Assembly: GCA_965261975.1 (NCBI GenBank)
Contig: CBDHEC010000057.1
Location: 32,001-96,000 of the forward strand
DNA: 64,000 bases
Reading direction: 5' to 3'
Source of the DNA: Alphaproteobacteria bacterium
Lineage (GTDB): Bacteria; Pseudomonadota; Alphaproteobacteria; UBA6615
Shown here piece after piece: positions 43,673 through 53,148 of the stretch. A program made the translations under genes and the position numbers. The first letter of the stretch is position 1. Every line of letters begins with the position of its first letter. A model generated the notes under the pieces. It was not told the DNA's origin. It ran no database searches and was given only the letters and a program-made list of their open reading frames with translations.

Positions 43673-45268
43673 TTACCCGCGCGCATCCTCCAGGATCATC
43701 GCCGAGGCCTTCTCGCCGATCATGATGGTCGGCGCGTTGGTGTTGGCCGAAATGATCTTGGGCATGATCGACGCATCGGCCACCCGCAGTCCCTCGATGC
43801 CGCGCACGCGCAGCCTCGGATCGACGACGGCACGCTCGTCCGGGCCCATGCGGCAGGTCCCGACCGGGTGGAAGCTGGTCGCGCCGTAACGGCGCAAATA
43901 GTCCAGCATCTCGTCGTCGGAGACGACGTCCGCACCGGGGATATGCTCGGACTCGACATAGTCCGCGAGCGGCCCTTTCGACGCGATTTCCCGCGACATC
44001 TGGCAACCGCGGGCAATCGTTTCCCCGTCACGCGGCGCATGCAGGAAGTTGGGGCGGATCGCCGGCGCCTCGAACGGATCCGCCGTCTTGGCCATGATCG
44101 TGCCCCGGCTCTCGGGCCGCAGAAGGCGGACGATGAAGGAGATGCCCGGGAAAGGATGCAGTCGCTCGCCGATCTTCTCGGCGCTGAACAGGGTGATTCC
44201 GGCCTGGATATCCGGCGTCGCCAATGCCGGATCGGTCTTGAAGAAACCGGTCGCGACCGATGCCCCCATCGCGAAGAAGCCGCGACGGCGGAGCGCGAAA
44301 TTGGCGACCTCGCGCGCGCCGCGCAATGGGTGGCGCACCGCGTCGTTCAGCGTGATGGGCCGGTTGCAGCGATAGACAAGGCGGATGTTGAAATGGTCCT
44401 GCAGGTTGGCGCCGACATCCGGCATGTCGGCCACCACGTCGACCCCGAGATCGCGCAGATGCTCGGCCGGCCCCAGGCCGGACAGCTGCAGCAGTTGCGG
44501 CGAGTTGATCGCGCCGCCGGAGAGGATCACCTCGCCGCGCGCCTCGGCGACAACACGCTCCCCGCCGCGCGCATACTCCACGCCCGTCGCGCGGCGCCCG
44601 TCGAACAGGACACGGGTCGCATGGGCATCGGTCACGATCGAGAGATTCTGCCGCTTCTTTGCCGGCCGCAGGAACGCCGCGGCGGCGCTGGCGCGCATTC
44701 CCTTGCGCGCGGTCAACTGGGCGTAGCCGAAGCCTTCGTTCTGCGGGCCGTTGAAGTCATCCGTGCGCTTGAAGCCGCACGCAACGGCAGACTCGATGAA
44801 GGCATCGCAAAGCGGGTGCCTTGTGCGGCTGTCCGAAACGCTGAGCGGCCCGCCGGTGCCATGATACTCGCTCTCGCCCCGCTCCTGGTCCTCCGACTTG
44901 CGAAAGAAGGGCAGCACATCGTCGAAGCTCCAGCCTTCGTTACCGAGCTGACACCAGTGGTCGTAATCCTCTCTTTGACCCCGGGTGTAGACAAGGCCGT
45001 TGATCGAACTGGACCCGCCGAGAACCTTGCCGCGCGGATTGGGAATGCGCCGGTCCGCGACCGCGGGGTCGGGCTCGTTGGTGTATAGCCAATTGACCTT
45101 CGGGTCGGTGAAGAGCTTGCCGTAGCCCAGCGGGATGTGAATCCACGGGCTGGTATCGCGTCCGCCCGCCTCCAGCAGCAGGACCGTATGCTTTCCCGAC
45201 TCCGACAGGCGGTTTGCCAGCACGCAGCCCGCACTGCCGGCGCCAACAACGATAAAATCAAACGTCAT
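43673..45268 (-). CDS. GMC-family FAD oxidoreductase (choline-dehydrogenase-like)
   Basis: FDFIVVGAGSAGCVLANRL, RGKVLGGSSSING, GANLQDH, FHPVGTCRMG, NTNAPTIMIGEK; start trimmed. Confidence 0.93.
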   Translation of the reverse strand: MTFDFIVVGAGSAGCVLANRLSESGKHTVLLLEAGGRDTSPWIHIPLGYGKLFTDPKVNWLYTNEPDPAVADRRIPNPRGKVLGGSSSINGLVYTRGQREDYDHWCQLGNEGWSFDDVLPFFRKSEDQERGESEYHGTGGPLSVSDSRTRHPLCDAFIESAVACGFKRTDDFNGPQNEGFGYAQLTARKGMRASAAAAFLRPAKKRQNLSIVTDAHATRVLFDGRRATGVEYARGGERVVAEARGEVILSGGAINSPQLLQLSGLGPAEHLRDLGVDVVADMPDVGANLQDHFNIRLVYRCNRPITLNDAVRHPLRGAREVANFALRRRGFFAMGASVATGFFKTDPALATPDIQAGITLFSAEKIGERLHPFPGISFIVRLLRPESRGTIMAKTADPFEAPAIRPNFLHAPRDGETIARGCQMSREIASKGPLADYVESEHIPGADVVSDDEMLDYLRRYGATSFHPVGTCRMGPDERAVVDPRLRVRGIEGLRVADASIMPKIISANTNAPTIMIGEKASAMILEDARG

Positions 45269-45505
45269 CGTCTGCTCCGTGAAGTTCCCGGCTCCAGCCG
45301 AAACGACGGGCCATACCCTAGACCCGCGTCGTTGAATCCTCAAAGCGATCGCCGGGTCCGGCGATGGCAGCGTTGCCAACCACCTCAGACGACCCGGCCC
45401 GCACCGCCAGAGGCTCTCGCATCGTGATGATGTGATTCCGTGACGGACGACGGTAACCTAGGCGAAACCTTCAATCATGAAGATCAAAAAAAGCAGGACG
45501 GGGAC

Positions 45506-46555
45506 ATGGAAGACTTAATCGCAGGCAAGAAAATTGCGGTGCTGGGTACCGGCGCCAACGGCAGCGTCATCTCGAGCGACCTGATCGGCGCGGGCATCGA
45601 GATCACGATGATCGACATGTGGGCCGAGCATGTCGAGGCGATGCGGGCCAACGGGCTGACGATCACGAGCAACACCCACGACACCATCAACGTGCCGGCC
45701 AACGCCCATCACTTGAGCGACGTGTGCACCTTCACCGAAAAGTTCGACGTCGTGCTGCTGGTCTCGAAAGCCTATGACGCGGCCTGGCTGACAAAGTTCA
45801 TCGAGCCCCATCTCGCAGACGATGGCGTGATCGTCGGCGTCCAGAATGCCATGACAGCCGAGATCATCGCCGAGATCGTCGGCGTCGAACGCACCGTCGG
45901 CTGCGTCATCGAACTGGCCTCCCAGCTGTTCGACCCCGGCACCGTCCAGCGCAGCACCTCGAAGGACCACACTTGGTTCGGCGTCGGTGCCTTCGACCCA
46001 TCCCAGGAGCGCCATGTCGAGCTGGTCGCCGCGCTGTGCAGCCACACCGGGTCGGTCGAGATCATCGACGAAATTCTGTCGGCCAAATGGGTGAAGCTGA
46101 TTGTCAACGCGATGATCATGGGTTCGATGGCGGTCCTCGGCGGCACACCCGAGCAGGTCCTGCAACAGAACGGCCCGGAATTCGCCGCACGGGCACGCAA
46201 ATGGTTCCTGCAGGCGGGCGAAGAGGCGCTGGCCGCCGGCCAATCCCTCGACTACAAGGTCGTGCCGGTCTTCGGCCTCAAGCCCGAGGACGTCAACAAC
46301 ACCAACAGTCTGCTCGAAACCCTGCTCGACAAGATCCTGGCCGACATTGGCCCCGGCCCGGTCAACACCAGCCTGCAGGACCTCATGAAAGGCCGCCAGT
46401 GTGAGACCGACATGATCCAGGGTCTGGTCGCCGAGGAGTGCGAAGCCGCCGGCCGCCCGGCGCCGGTCTGCGCGGGCATCACGGAGATGGCGCGGCAAAT
46501 CCATGCCGGTGAACTGGAACCCGGACCCGAGAATCTCGAACGCGCGGGTTGGTAG
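45506..46555 (+). CDS. Ketopantoate-reductase-like oxidoreductase, paralog 3
   Basis: VLGTGANG, SKAYDA, VQNAM, KWVKLIVN, LQDLMKGRQCETD. Confidence 0.83.
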   Translation: MEDLIAGKKIAVLGTGANGSVISSDLIGAGIEITMIDMWAEHVEAMRANGLTITSNTHDTINVPANAHHLSDVCTFTEKFDVVLLVSKAYDAAWLTKFIEPHLADDGVIVGVQNAMTAEIIAEIVGVERTVGCVIELASQLFDPGTVQRSTSKDHTWFGVGAFDPSQERHVELVAALCSHTGSVEIIDEILSAKWVKLIVNAMIMGSMAVLGGTPEQVLQQNGPEFAARARKWFLQAGEEALAAGQSLDYKVVPVFGLKPEDVNNTNSLLETLLDKILADIGPGPVNTSLQDLMKGRQCETDMIQGLVAEECEAAGRPAPVCAGITEMARQIHAGELEPGPENLERAGW

Positions 46556-46577
46556 AAACGCCTCGGCGGACACTCCG

Positions 46578-47486
46578 ATGTATGACGGCCCGATCATCGA
46601 TACCCATCATCACATCTGGGTGGTGAAGAACTATCCCTGGCTTACCGCGCCGCCCTCGCCCAAGATCTTCGGCCCCGAGTATGAGCTGCTGCGCCGGGAC
46701 TATCTGATCGACGACCTGCTGGCAGACTTCGGCGACAACAACGTGGTCAAGTCGGTCCATGAACAGGCCCACTACAACCCGCCCGACCATGTGGGTGAGA
46801 CACGCTGGCTGCAGGGCGTGGCGGACGCGCACGGGTTCCCCCACGGGATTGTCGGGCACGCCAACATCGCGGGGGACGATATCGGCGAGGTACTGGACGG
46901 GCATCTCGAATATCCGAACTTTCGTGGCATCCGCCACGTCGTCGCCTGGCACCCCGACAAGGCCGTCTGGCAGGTCGTCGACCGACCGGATTTCTGCATG
47001 TCGCCGGAATTCCGCCGCGGGCTGGAGGCGCTCGAGGCGCGGGACGTGCATTTCGAGCTTCAGGGGTTCGCGAATCAGTTCGATATCTTCGCCGAGCTCC
47101 TCGCCGGCCATCCGGGCCTGCGTTTCTGCCTGGTCCATGGCGGCTTGCTGACCGCCGACGACGACCGGACGTTCGACAGCTGGCGCCGGGCGATCGAGCC
47201 GCTGGCAAGGTTCGAAAATCTGTCGGTCAAATGTTCCGGCCCGAACGTCATCAACTGGGAAACGCCCCGGCCGCTCGCGGCCGTTTCGCGTCAGTACAAC
47301 GCCCTGATCGACATGTTCGGCGCCGAACGCTGTTTCTTCGGCAGCAATTTCCCGGTCGAGAAACTGATGACGACCTATGATGAGGTGGTCGCCCTGAGCC
47401 GCCTCGCTCTGGCCGACCGTAGTGCGTCTGATCAGCGTGCCTTCTTCCATGACACCGCCGCAGCGTTCTACCGCCTCACATTATAA
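46578..47486 (+). CDS. Amidohydrolase_2 family protein (lactonase-like)
   Basis: IIDTHHHIW, RGIRH, LVHGG, VKCSG, FFGSNFPV, TAAAFY. Confidence 0.88.
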   Translation: MYDGPIIDTHHHIWVVKNYPWLTAPPSPKIFGPEYELLRRDYLIDDLLADFGDNNVVKSVHEQAHYNPPDHVGETRWLQGVADAHGFPHGIVGHANIAGDDIGEVLDGHLEYPNFRGIRHVVAWHPDKAVWQVVDRPDFCMSPEFRRGLEALEARDVHFELQGFANQFDIFAELLAGHPGLRFCLVHGGLLTADDDRTFDSWRRAIEPLARFENLSVKCSGPNVINWETPRPLAAVSRQYNALIDMFGAERCFFGSNFPVEKLMTTYDEVVALSRLALADRSASDQRAFFHDTAAAFYRLTL

Positions 47487-47710
47487 CGAACCTCATAAAT
47501 CGACGTTCGCTCGGCGACCAATCAGCCTTTCTATGGAGGCGTACATCGTATAAAAGCTTTCACGCCTGAGGCATTCGAACCCCCGTAAAAATGGGGCACC
47601 CCAGGACCGAGAGGAAAGCAAATTTCCTAGAAGTTAGTGCAGTGAGGCTGCGTGTTCCCTGACCGGAGAACATGCATTTGTTAACTTAGTATTTTGTGGA
47701 GAACGCAACC

Positions 47711-48793
47711 ATGAAGCACCGTTTTTTCTCGACCACCGCGCTGGGCGTCGCCGCTCTCGCGGCGGGCGTCCTGTCGATCTTTTCACCGCAGCCGGCAACC
47801 GCCGCTGATTTCAAACTTACCGCGAGTTCAAGCCATCCGCCGGTGGTACCATGGGTGAAAACGATCCAGGACCATGTCGTTCCGGAATCCGTCAAACGCG
47901 CCAAAGCGCTGGGTCACAATATTGAGTGGACCGAGGCCTATGCCGGCGCCCTTTACAATTTCAAGAACACACTCGAAGGCATCGGCGATGGCCTTGGCGA
48001 TGTTGGCTGGGTCGGCACACTGTGGGAGCCGAACAAACTGCCGCTGCAGAACGTTACATTCGTCATGCCGTTCGTGACCGGCAACGTTAAACTCGCGGCG
48101 GATATCCAGAACGCATTGCATCGCGATATTCCCGAGATGCGAGAAGCATTTCTGAAAAACAACCAAGTCTATCTTGGACCGCAGACGATCGACGATTACG
48201 TCCTCATCTCGAAGACGCCGATCAACTCACTGGCTGATCTGAAGGGTAAGAAATTTTATGCCCCGGGCGCTTCCGCTGCCTGGCTCAAAGGCACTGGCGC
48301 TGTCGGCGTGAACGGTGGCCTTCCTATCTACTACAACGGCATCAAGACCGGCGTCACCGACGGCGCAATTGTTCCGGTGACCGGCATCGTGCCGTTCAAG
48401 CTGCATGAAGCGGCCCCTTACATTATCAACGTCGGCCTCGGCGGTGGCATGACCGGCGCGCTGACCATGAACAAAAATACATTCGACAAACTGCCGCCGG
48501 AATTGCAGCAGATGTTCCGGGATCTAGGTCAGGAATATGGCGAACTGGTTGCGAAGCGCGTTACCGGTTTCAATCAGGCGAGCATCAACAAGATTCTTCC
48601 CGGCGGCGGCGCGAAAGTGTCCACCCTGCCGCTCGAAGAGCAGAAGAAATGGGCCGCTGGGCTGCCTGATCTTGCCGGCGACTGGGTCGCGCAAATGAAC
48701 GAAAAGGGCTTGCCTGGCGAGAAAGTCATGAAGACCTACATGGAGAGTGTCCGCGCCGCAGGCGAAACACCCGTGCGCAACTGGGACCAATAG
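47711..48793 (+). CDS. dctP: TRAP transporter substrate-binding protein (DctP family)
   Basis: Signal peptide; PINSLADLKGKK, YNGIKTGVTDG, MNKNTFDKLPPELQ. Confidence 0.88.
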   Translation: MKHRFFSTTALGVAALAAGVLSIFSPQPATAADFKLTASSSHPPVVPWVKTIQDHVVPESVKRAKALGHNIEWTEAYAGALYNFKNTLEGIGDGLGDVGWVGTLWEPNKLPLQNVTFVMPFVTGNVKLAADIQNALHRDIPEMREAFLKNNQVYLGPQTIDDYVLISKTPINSLADLKGKKFYAPGASAAWLKGTGAVGVNGGLPIYYNGIKTGVTDGAIVPVTGIVPFKLHEAAPYIINVGLGGGMTGALTMNKNTFDKLPPELQQMFRDLGQEYGELVAKRVTGFNQASINKILPGGGAKVSTLPLEEQKKWAAGLPDLAGDWVAQMNEKGLPGEKVMKTYMESVRAAGETPVRNWDQ

Positions 48794-48794
48794 G

Positions 48795-50762
48795 TTGACT
48801 GAGACTGACCCTACGTCAGCGAAGAAGAATGGCGGGGCCTTGGGTGTATACCAGGGCCTCGCCGGTCTTTTTGTTCGGCTGACCTCCATAACGAACAGCG
48901 CCGGAACTATCTGGATTTTCGGCCTGATGTTCCTGATCTGCGCCGACATCATCGCACGCGCAGGCTTCAACGCGCCCATTCGCGGTGTCACAGAGATTGT
49001 TGGCTATACGCTGATCGGCGCCGTTTTCCTGCAGCTGGCGCATTCGCTGCATGTGGGGCGCTTTTCACGCGCGGAGATGTTCATCGATCCGCTGGCCCGC
49101 AAACACCCGGTCACCGCATCGCTGTTCCAGATGGTTTTCTCGGCGGGCGGTATTTTTGTTTTCGGATTGATCGCCTTCGGGACGATCTCCAAATTCGACG
49201 AGGCGTGGCCCGACCTGAAATTCGGGGTCGAGGGCGACTTCACGATCCTTGTATGGCCCCTCAGGCTGATCATCCTGGTCGGCGCGAGCATGGTCGCGGT
49301 CAAGTATTTATCCCTAATGATCGATCACGCGATCGAGCTACGACAGCAGCTTCGGGCCCGGAAGTTGCAGGAAGAAAAGGAGCCACTCGGCCTCTACTAC
49401 CTGATTATCCTGATCGTCCTGTTCGCGGCCGGCTGGTACATCGCGACGGGCGACTTTTCCCGCGTCGAGATCGGGCTGTTTTCACTTGCCGGCATGTTCC
49501 TGGTGATCTTCATGGGCCTGCATATCGGCCTGGGTCTCATTCTGCTTGGCTTCGCGGGTATCTGGATGATGATGGGCTCGCCCAACATCGCCATCAATAC
49601 CGTGAAGCTGGCATCGAACGAGTTTCTGCGGAATTTCTTCTTCGGCGTGATTCCGCTCTTCGTTCTGATGGGGCTGGTGGTCAACGAGTCCGATGTCGGC
49701 GGTGACACATTCGACGTCGCACGATGGGCCCTGCGAAAGGTCAAAGGCGGGCTGGGTGTGGCCACGGTTCTGGCCAATGCCATCTTCGCCGCGATTACCG
49801 GATCATCAATCGCATCTGCCGCCGTGTTCACGAAAATCGCCGCCCCCCACATGATCAAGCATGGTTATACGCCGACATTTGCCGTGGGCACGGTCGCCGG
49901 CAGCTCGGTCCTGGGCATGCTGATACCGCCGAGCCTGCTTTTGATTATCTACGGCTTCGTCGCCGAACAATCGGTCGGGCTTCTGTTCCTCGCGGCCGTG
50001 ATCCCGGGAATCATTCTCGCATTTGCAATGGGTATATCCATCATCGCGATGGCGCATTTTTGGCCGTCCTATGTTGGACGCCCGGACGATAGTGAACAGG
50101 TCGACCTGCAGCTAGGCGACGCGGCCCGCATGGTGCTGCCCATCCTGATTCTGATTGCGGCCGTCTTGGGGGGAATTTACGGCGGAATATTCACCCCCGT
50201 GGAAGCCGGTGCGGTTGGTGCGGCCGGGGCACTCATCATCGCCATCGTCAAACGACGCCTGACCTGGCCGAAGCTCTGGAAGGTCTTGCTGGAAACCGGG
50301 CACACGACCGTGTCCGTGCTCTTCCTGATCCTCGCCGCGAATATCTATGGCCGGATGCTGGCGCTTTCGGGCCTGCCGCAGTTTGCGAGCGAGATGGTCG
50401 GCGGTGCCGAACTCGGTTTCTTCGGCTTCATGGTGCTGTACGTCATCCTGGTCATCATCCTGGGCATGTTCCTGGACTCGATCTCGATCATGTTGATCAT
50501 CCTGCCACTGGTCCTGCCCATTGTGCAGGGCTTTGGCGGCGACCTTGTTTGGTTTGGCATTGTCACGGTTATCGCCGTGGAAATGGGATTGTTAACACCC
50601 CCGCTTGGGATCGCAGTCTATGTGGTCAGATCGACGATCGCAGACGCATCCGTCACTCTGAACCAGATATTCAAAGGCGCGTTTCCGTATGTCGTCATCA
50701 TGCTGGCGGTCACGATCCTGCTGATTGCATTCCCGCAATTGTCGCTGGTATTGCTCAACTAG
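48795..50762 (+). CDS. TRAP transporter fused small+large permease (DctQM)
   Basis: N-terminal DctQ-like part (ADIIARAGFNAPIRG..E) followed by DctM motifs IPLFVLMG, GSSIASAA, LIPPS, FTPVEAG, TPPLG. Confidence 0.9.
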   Translation: MTETDPTSAKKNGGALGVYQGLAGLFVRLTSITNSAGTIWIFGLMFLICADIIARAGFNAPIRGVTEIVGYTLIGAVFLQLAHSLHVGRFSRAEMFIDPLARKHPVTASLFQMVFSAGGIFVFGLIAFGTISKFDEAWPDLKFGVEGDFTILVWPLRLIILVGASMVAVKYLSLMIDHAIELRQQLRARKLQEEKEPLGLYYLIILIVLFAAGWYIATGDFSRVEIGLFSLAGMFLVIFMGLHIGLGLILLGFAGIWMMMGSPNIAINTVKLASNEFLRNFFFGVIPLFVLMGLVVNESDVGGDTFDVARWALRKVKGGLGVATVLANAIFAAITGSSIASAAVFTKIAAPHMIKHGYTPTFAVGTVAGSSVLGMLIPPSLLLIIYGFVAEQSVGLLFLAAVIPGIILAFAMGISIIAMAHFWPSYVGRPDDSEQVDLQLGDAARMVLPILILIAAVLGGIYGGIFTPVEAGAVGAAGALIIAIVKRRLTWPKLWKVLLETGHTTVSVLFLILAANIYGRMLALSGLPQFASEMVGGAELGFFGFMVLYVILVIILGMFLDSISIMLIILPLVLPIVQGFGGDLVWFGIVTVIAVEMGLLTPPLGIAVYVVRSTIADASVTLNQIFKGAFPYVVIMLAVTILLIAFPQLSLVLLN

Positions 50763-50814
50763 GCCCGCGCGGCAGGTGCTTCGCGGATGCGGAAACCGGC
50801 AAGGACGTCAGACT

Positions 50815-51807
50815 ATGTCAGAGAGTAAGATGAACGCCGTCGTCGTGGGCGAGCACGGCGTCGAAATCGCCACGGTCGACATCCCCGAGATCAACGCGAG
50901 CCAGATTCTGGTCAAGGTGGTCGCCTGCAGCGTCAACCGATCCGACCTGCTGACGGTACAGGGCCATAACTACGGCCATGTCGGCGGCGGCCAGAAGATC
51001 ATGGGTGCATCCTTCACCGGCGAAGTCGTGGCGGTTGGCGAAGACGCCACAGGGATCGCCGTCGGCGACAAGGTCGCCGCGACCGGCGCGGCGGGCTGGG
51101 CCGAATATGCCGTCTCGAACTGGCAGCGCGCCCTGCCGGTACCCGAAAGCGGGATCGAGCCGATCGAGGTGGCCGGGCTCGCCTCGGGACTCTGCGTCAT
51201 GCATGACGCGATCGTCAGCAACGGAAAGTTCGAGGCCGGGCAGACCCTGCTGGTCCAGGGTGCGAGCAGCGGCGTCGGCATTATCGCCATGCAGATCGGT
51301 GAACATCTCGGCGCCAGCATGGTGATCGGCACCTCGACGAACGCAGAACGCCGGGGCCGCCTTGCGGAGTTCGGCGCCGATCTGGCGCTCGATTCCCGCG
51401 ACGAAGGCTGGGTCGACCAGGTACTCGAAGCCACCGACGGTAAGGGCGTCGACCTGCTCATCGATCAGGTTTCGGGCTACACCGCAAACCAGAACATGGC
51501 GGCGACGAAAGTCCATGGTCGGATGATCAATGTCGGCCGGCTGGGCGGCGAAGTCGACCAGTTCGACTTCAACCGCCATGCCGAACGGCGCCTCACCTAT
51601 ATCGGCACGACCGGGCGCACGCGCTCCCTCGACGAGCATATCGAGGTGGTGCGCCTGGCGCGCGAGGGCCTGTGGGACGGGCTGGCGAAGGGCGCCTTCA
51701 GGATGCCGATTGACAGCACCTTCAGCCTCGCGGAGGCGGGTTCCGCCCTCGACCGCATGGCCGCGAACAAGCATTTCGGCCGCATCATGTTGACGGTCGG
51801 CGCCTAG
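50815..51807 (+). CDS. MDR-family NAD(P)H oxidoreductase (quinone-reductase-like, zinc-free)
   Basis: SVNRSDL, VQGASSGVG, TDGKGVD, HFGRIML; no catalytic zinc Cys/His set. Confidence 0.85.
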   Translation: MSESKMNAVVVGEHGVEIATVDIPEINASQILVKVVACSVNRSDLLTVQGHNYGHVGGGQKIMGASFTGEVVAVGEDATGIAVGDKVAATGAAGWAEYAVSNWQRALPVPESGIEPIEVAGLASGLCVMHDAIVSNGKFEAGQTLLVQGASSGVGIIAMQIGEHLGASMVIGTSTNAERRGRLAEFGADLALDSRDEGWVDQVLEATDGKGVDLLIDQVSGYTANQNMAATKVHGRMINVGRLGGEVDQFDFNRHAERRLTYIGTTGRTRSLDEHIEVVRLAREGLWDGLAKGAFRMPIDSTFSLAEAGSALDRMAANKHFGRIMLTVGA

Positions 51808-51918
51808 GGCGAACGCGCTCGCCCTCTGCTGCACAACATGGACTCCCTTACCGTCGCGCCATAGAGTCGGGACGTCGTCGGTGCGGTCGAGCAACAATCG
51901 AACCAGGGGGAGCGCGCC

Positions 51919-52950
51919 ATGAACATCATCACCCAGTCCGCCGCCAGCCGTGCGGCCCGCGACGTACCCCGCCGGGAACTGCCTGTGATCGACGTCGGCG
52001 ACGTCATCGCCGGTGACCCCGATGCCCCGGCGAGACTTGCGGACCAGTGGCGGGAGGTCTGGGAGACGATCGGCTTCATGTGCATCGTCAATCACGGCGT
52101 CCCGCAGGCGCAGATCGACGGAATGTTCGCCGCCTCGAAACAGTTCCACGACCTGCCGGAAGAGTTGAAACAGACCGTCCCACTAAACACGGACCATCGC
52201 GGTTACATGGGCATCCGCACCGACCATCTCGAACAAGGCGAGATGGAGGACAACCGCAAGCCATCCATTTCCCAGGCCTTCTTCACCGCGACTGAATATC
52301 CCGACGATCACCCGCTCGTCGTTGCCGGCACCCAGTTCTACGGACCCAACCGGTGGCTCGCCGAAGATGCTGTCCCCGGGTTTCGGGAGACGACCCTCGC
52401 CTACATGGACACGGTGACCGAGCTGGGCAAACAGCTGCTGCCGATCTGGGCGCTGGCGCTCGAACTGCCCGCCGACTATTTCGCGCCCCACTTCGACACG
52501 CCCTACACCTACTTCCGCAACGCCACCTATCCGCCCCTGCCCGAACATCGGGACGCGGAGATGGGCATCCACGCCCACAGGGACACCGGCTTCATGACTT
52601 TCCTGCCGCCGGCGATAGAGGAAGGCCTGCAGGTGCTGGACGAGGACGGAAACTGGTTCTGGCCCGAGATGCCCGACGACGCGATGGTGGTAAATCTGGG
52701 CCAGTTCGCGACCCGTTGGACCAACGACCGCTTCAAGGCGACCACCCACCGGGTGGTCCCGCCACTCGAGAACGACCGCTACGCCATTCCGGTCTTCGTC
52801 AACCCGGACTTCGAGGCGCGCAACGAAACGCTGTCGACGTGCACCTCACCGGACAACCCGCCCAAATATCCCGTCCAGTCCTATCGGGAATGGTTCGGCT
52901 GGTACATGAGCAACACCTTCGACGTTTACAACAAGTCGAAACAACCAGAC
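51919..52950 (+). CDS. 2OG-Fe(II) oxygenase, isopenicillin-N-synthase-like (stop codon lost; reads through into the MetE-like gene)
   Basis: LPVID, GFMCIVNHGV, HRD...THRV facial triad, RWTNDRF. End approximate; the frame stays open to 54306. Confidence 0.85.
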
Positions 52951-52983
52951 GGCGGCGAGGATTGCGGCGAGGCGACGTTCCAT
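52951..52983 (-). pseudogene. 5' remnant of a class III adenylate/guanylate-cyclase-domain gene
   Basis: AGGA RBS followed by ATG GAA CGT CGC CTC GCC GCA ATC CTC GCC GCC = MERRLAAILAA; similarity stops abruptly after that. Confidence 0.6.
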
Positions 52984-53148
52984 GGCGGGCGTCCTATCGG
53001 CGCGGTCGACAAACACCAAACCGAAGCCACAATGGGTGCATGCGCCGAAAAACCGACGCCAGGCGCAGCGTTCCCTTGCACGGGTGCGCTGATACCGCGA
53101 CACTCTCTCCGCCTCGGCGTCCCGGGCAAGATATTTAGGAATGACCCA

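Noticed and set aside
43598-45088. 496-aa + strand ORF, also 50818-52149 and 55253-56320
   Set aside because: Antisense to well-supported GMC, MDR and MhpA-like genes.
47520-47620. Glycine riboswitch upstream of dctP
   Set aside because: Core GGAGA, CCGAAG and CUCUCAGG elements are not properly matched; kept only as a generic structured-leader finding.
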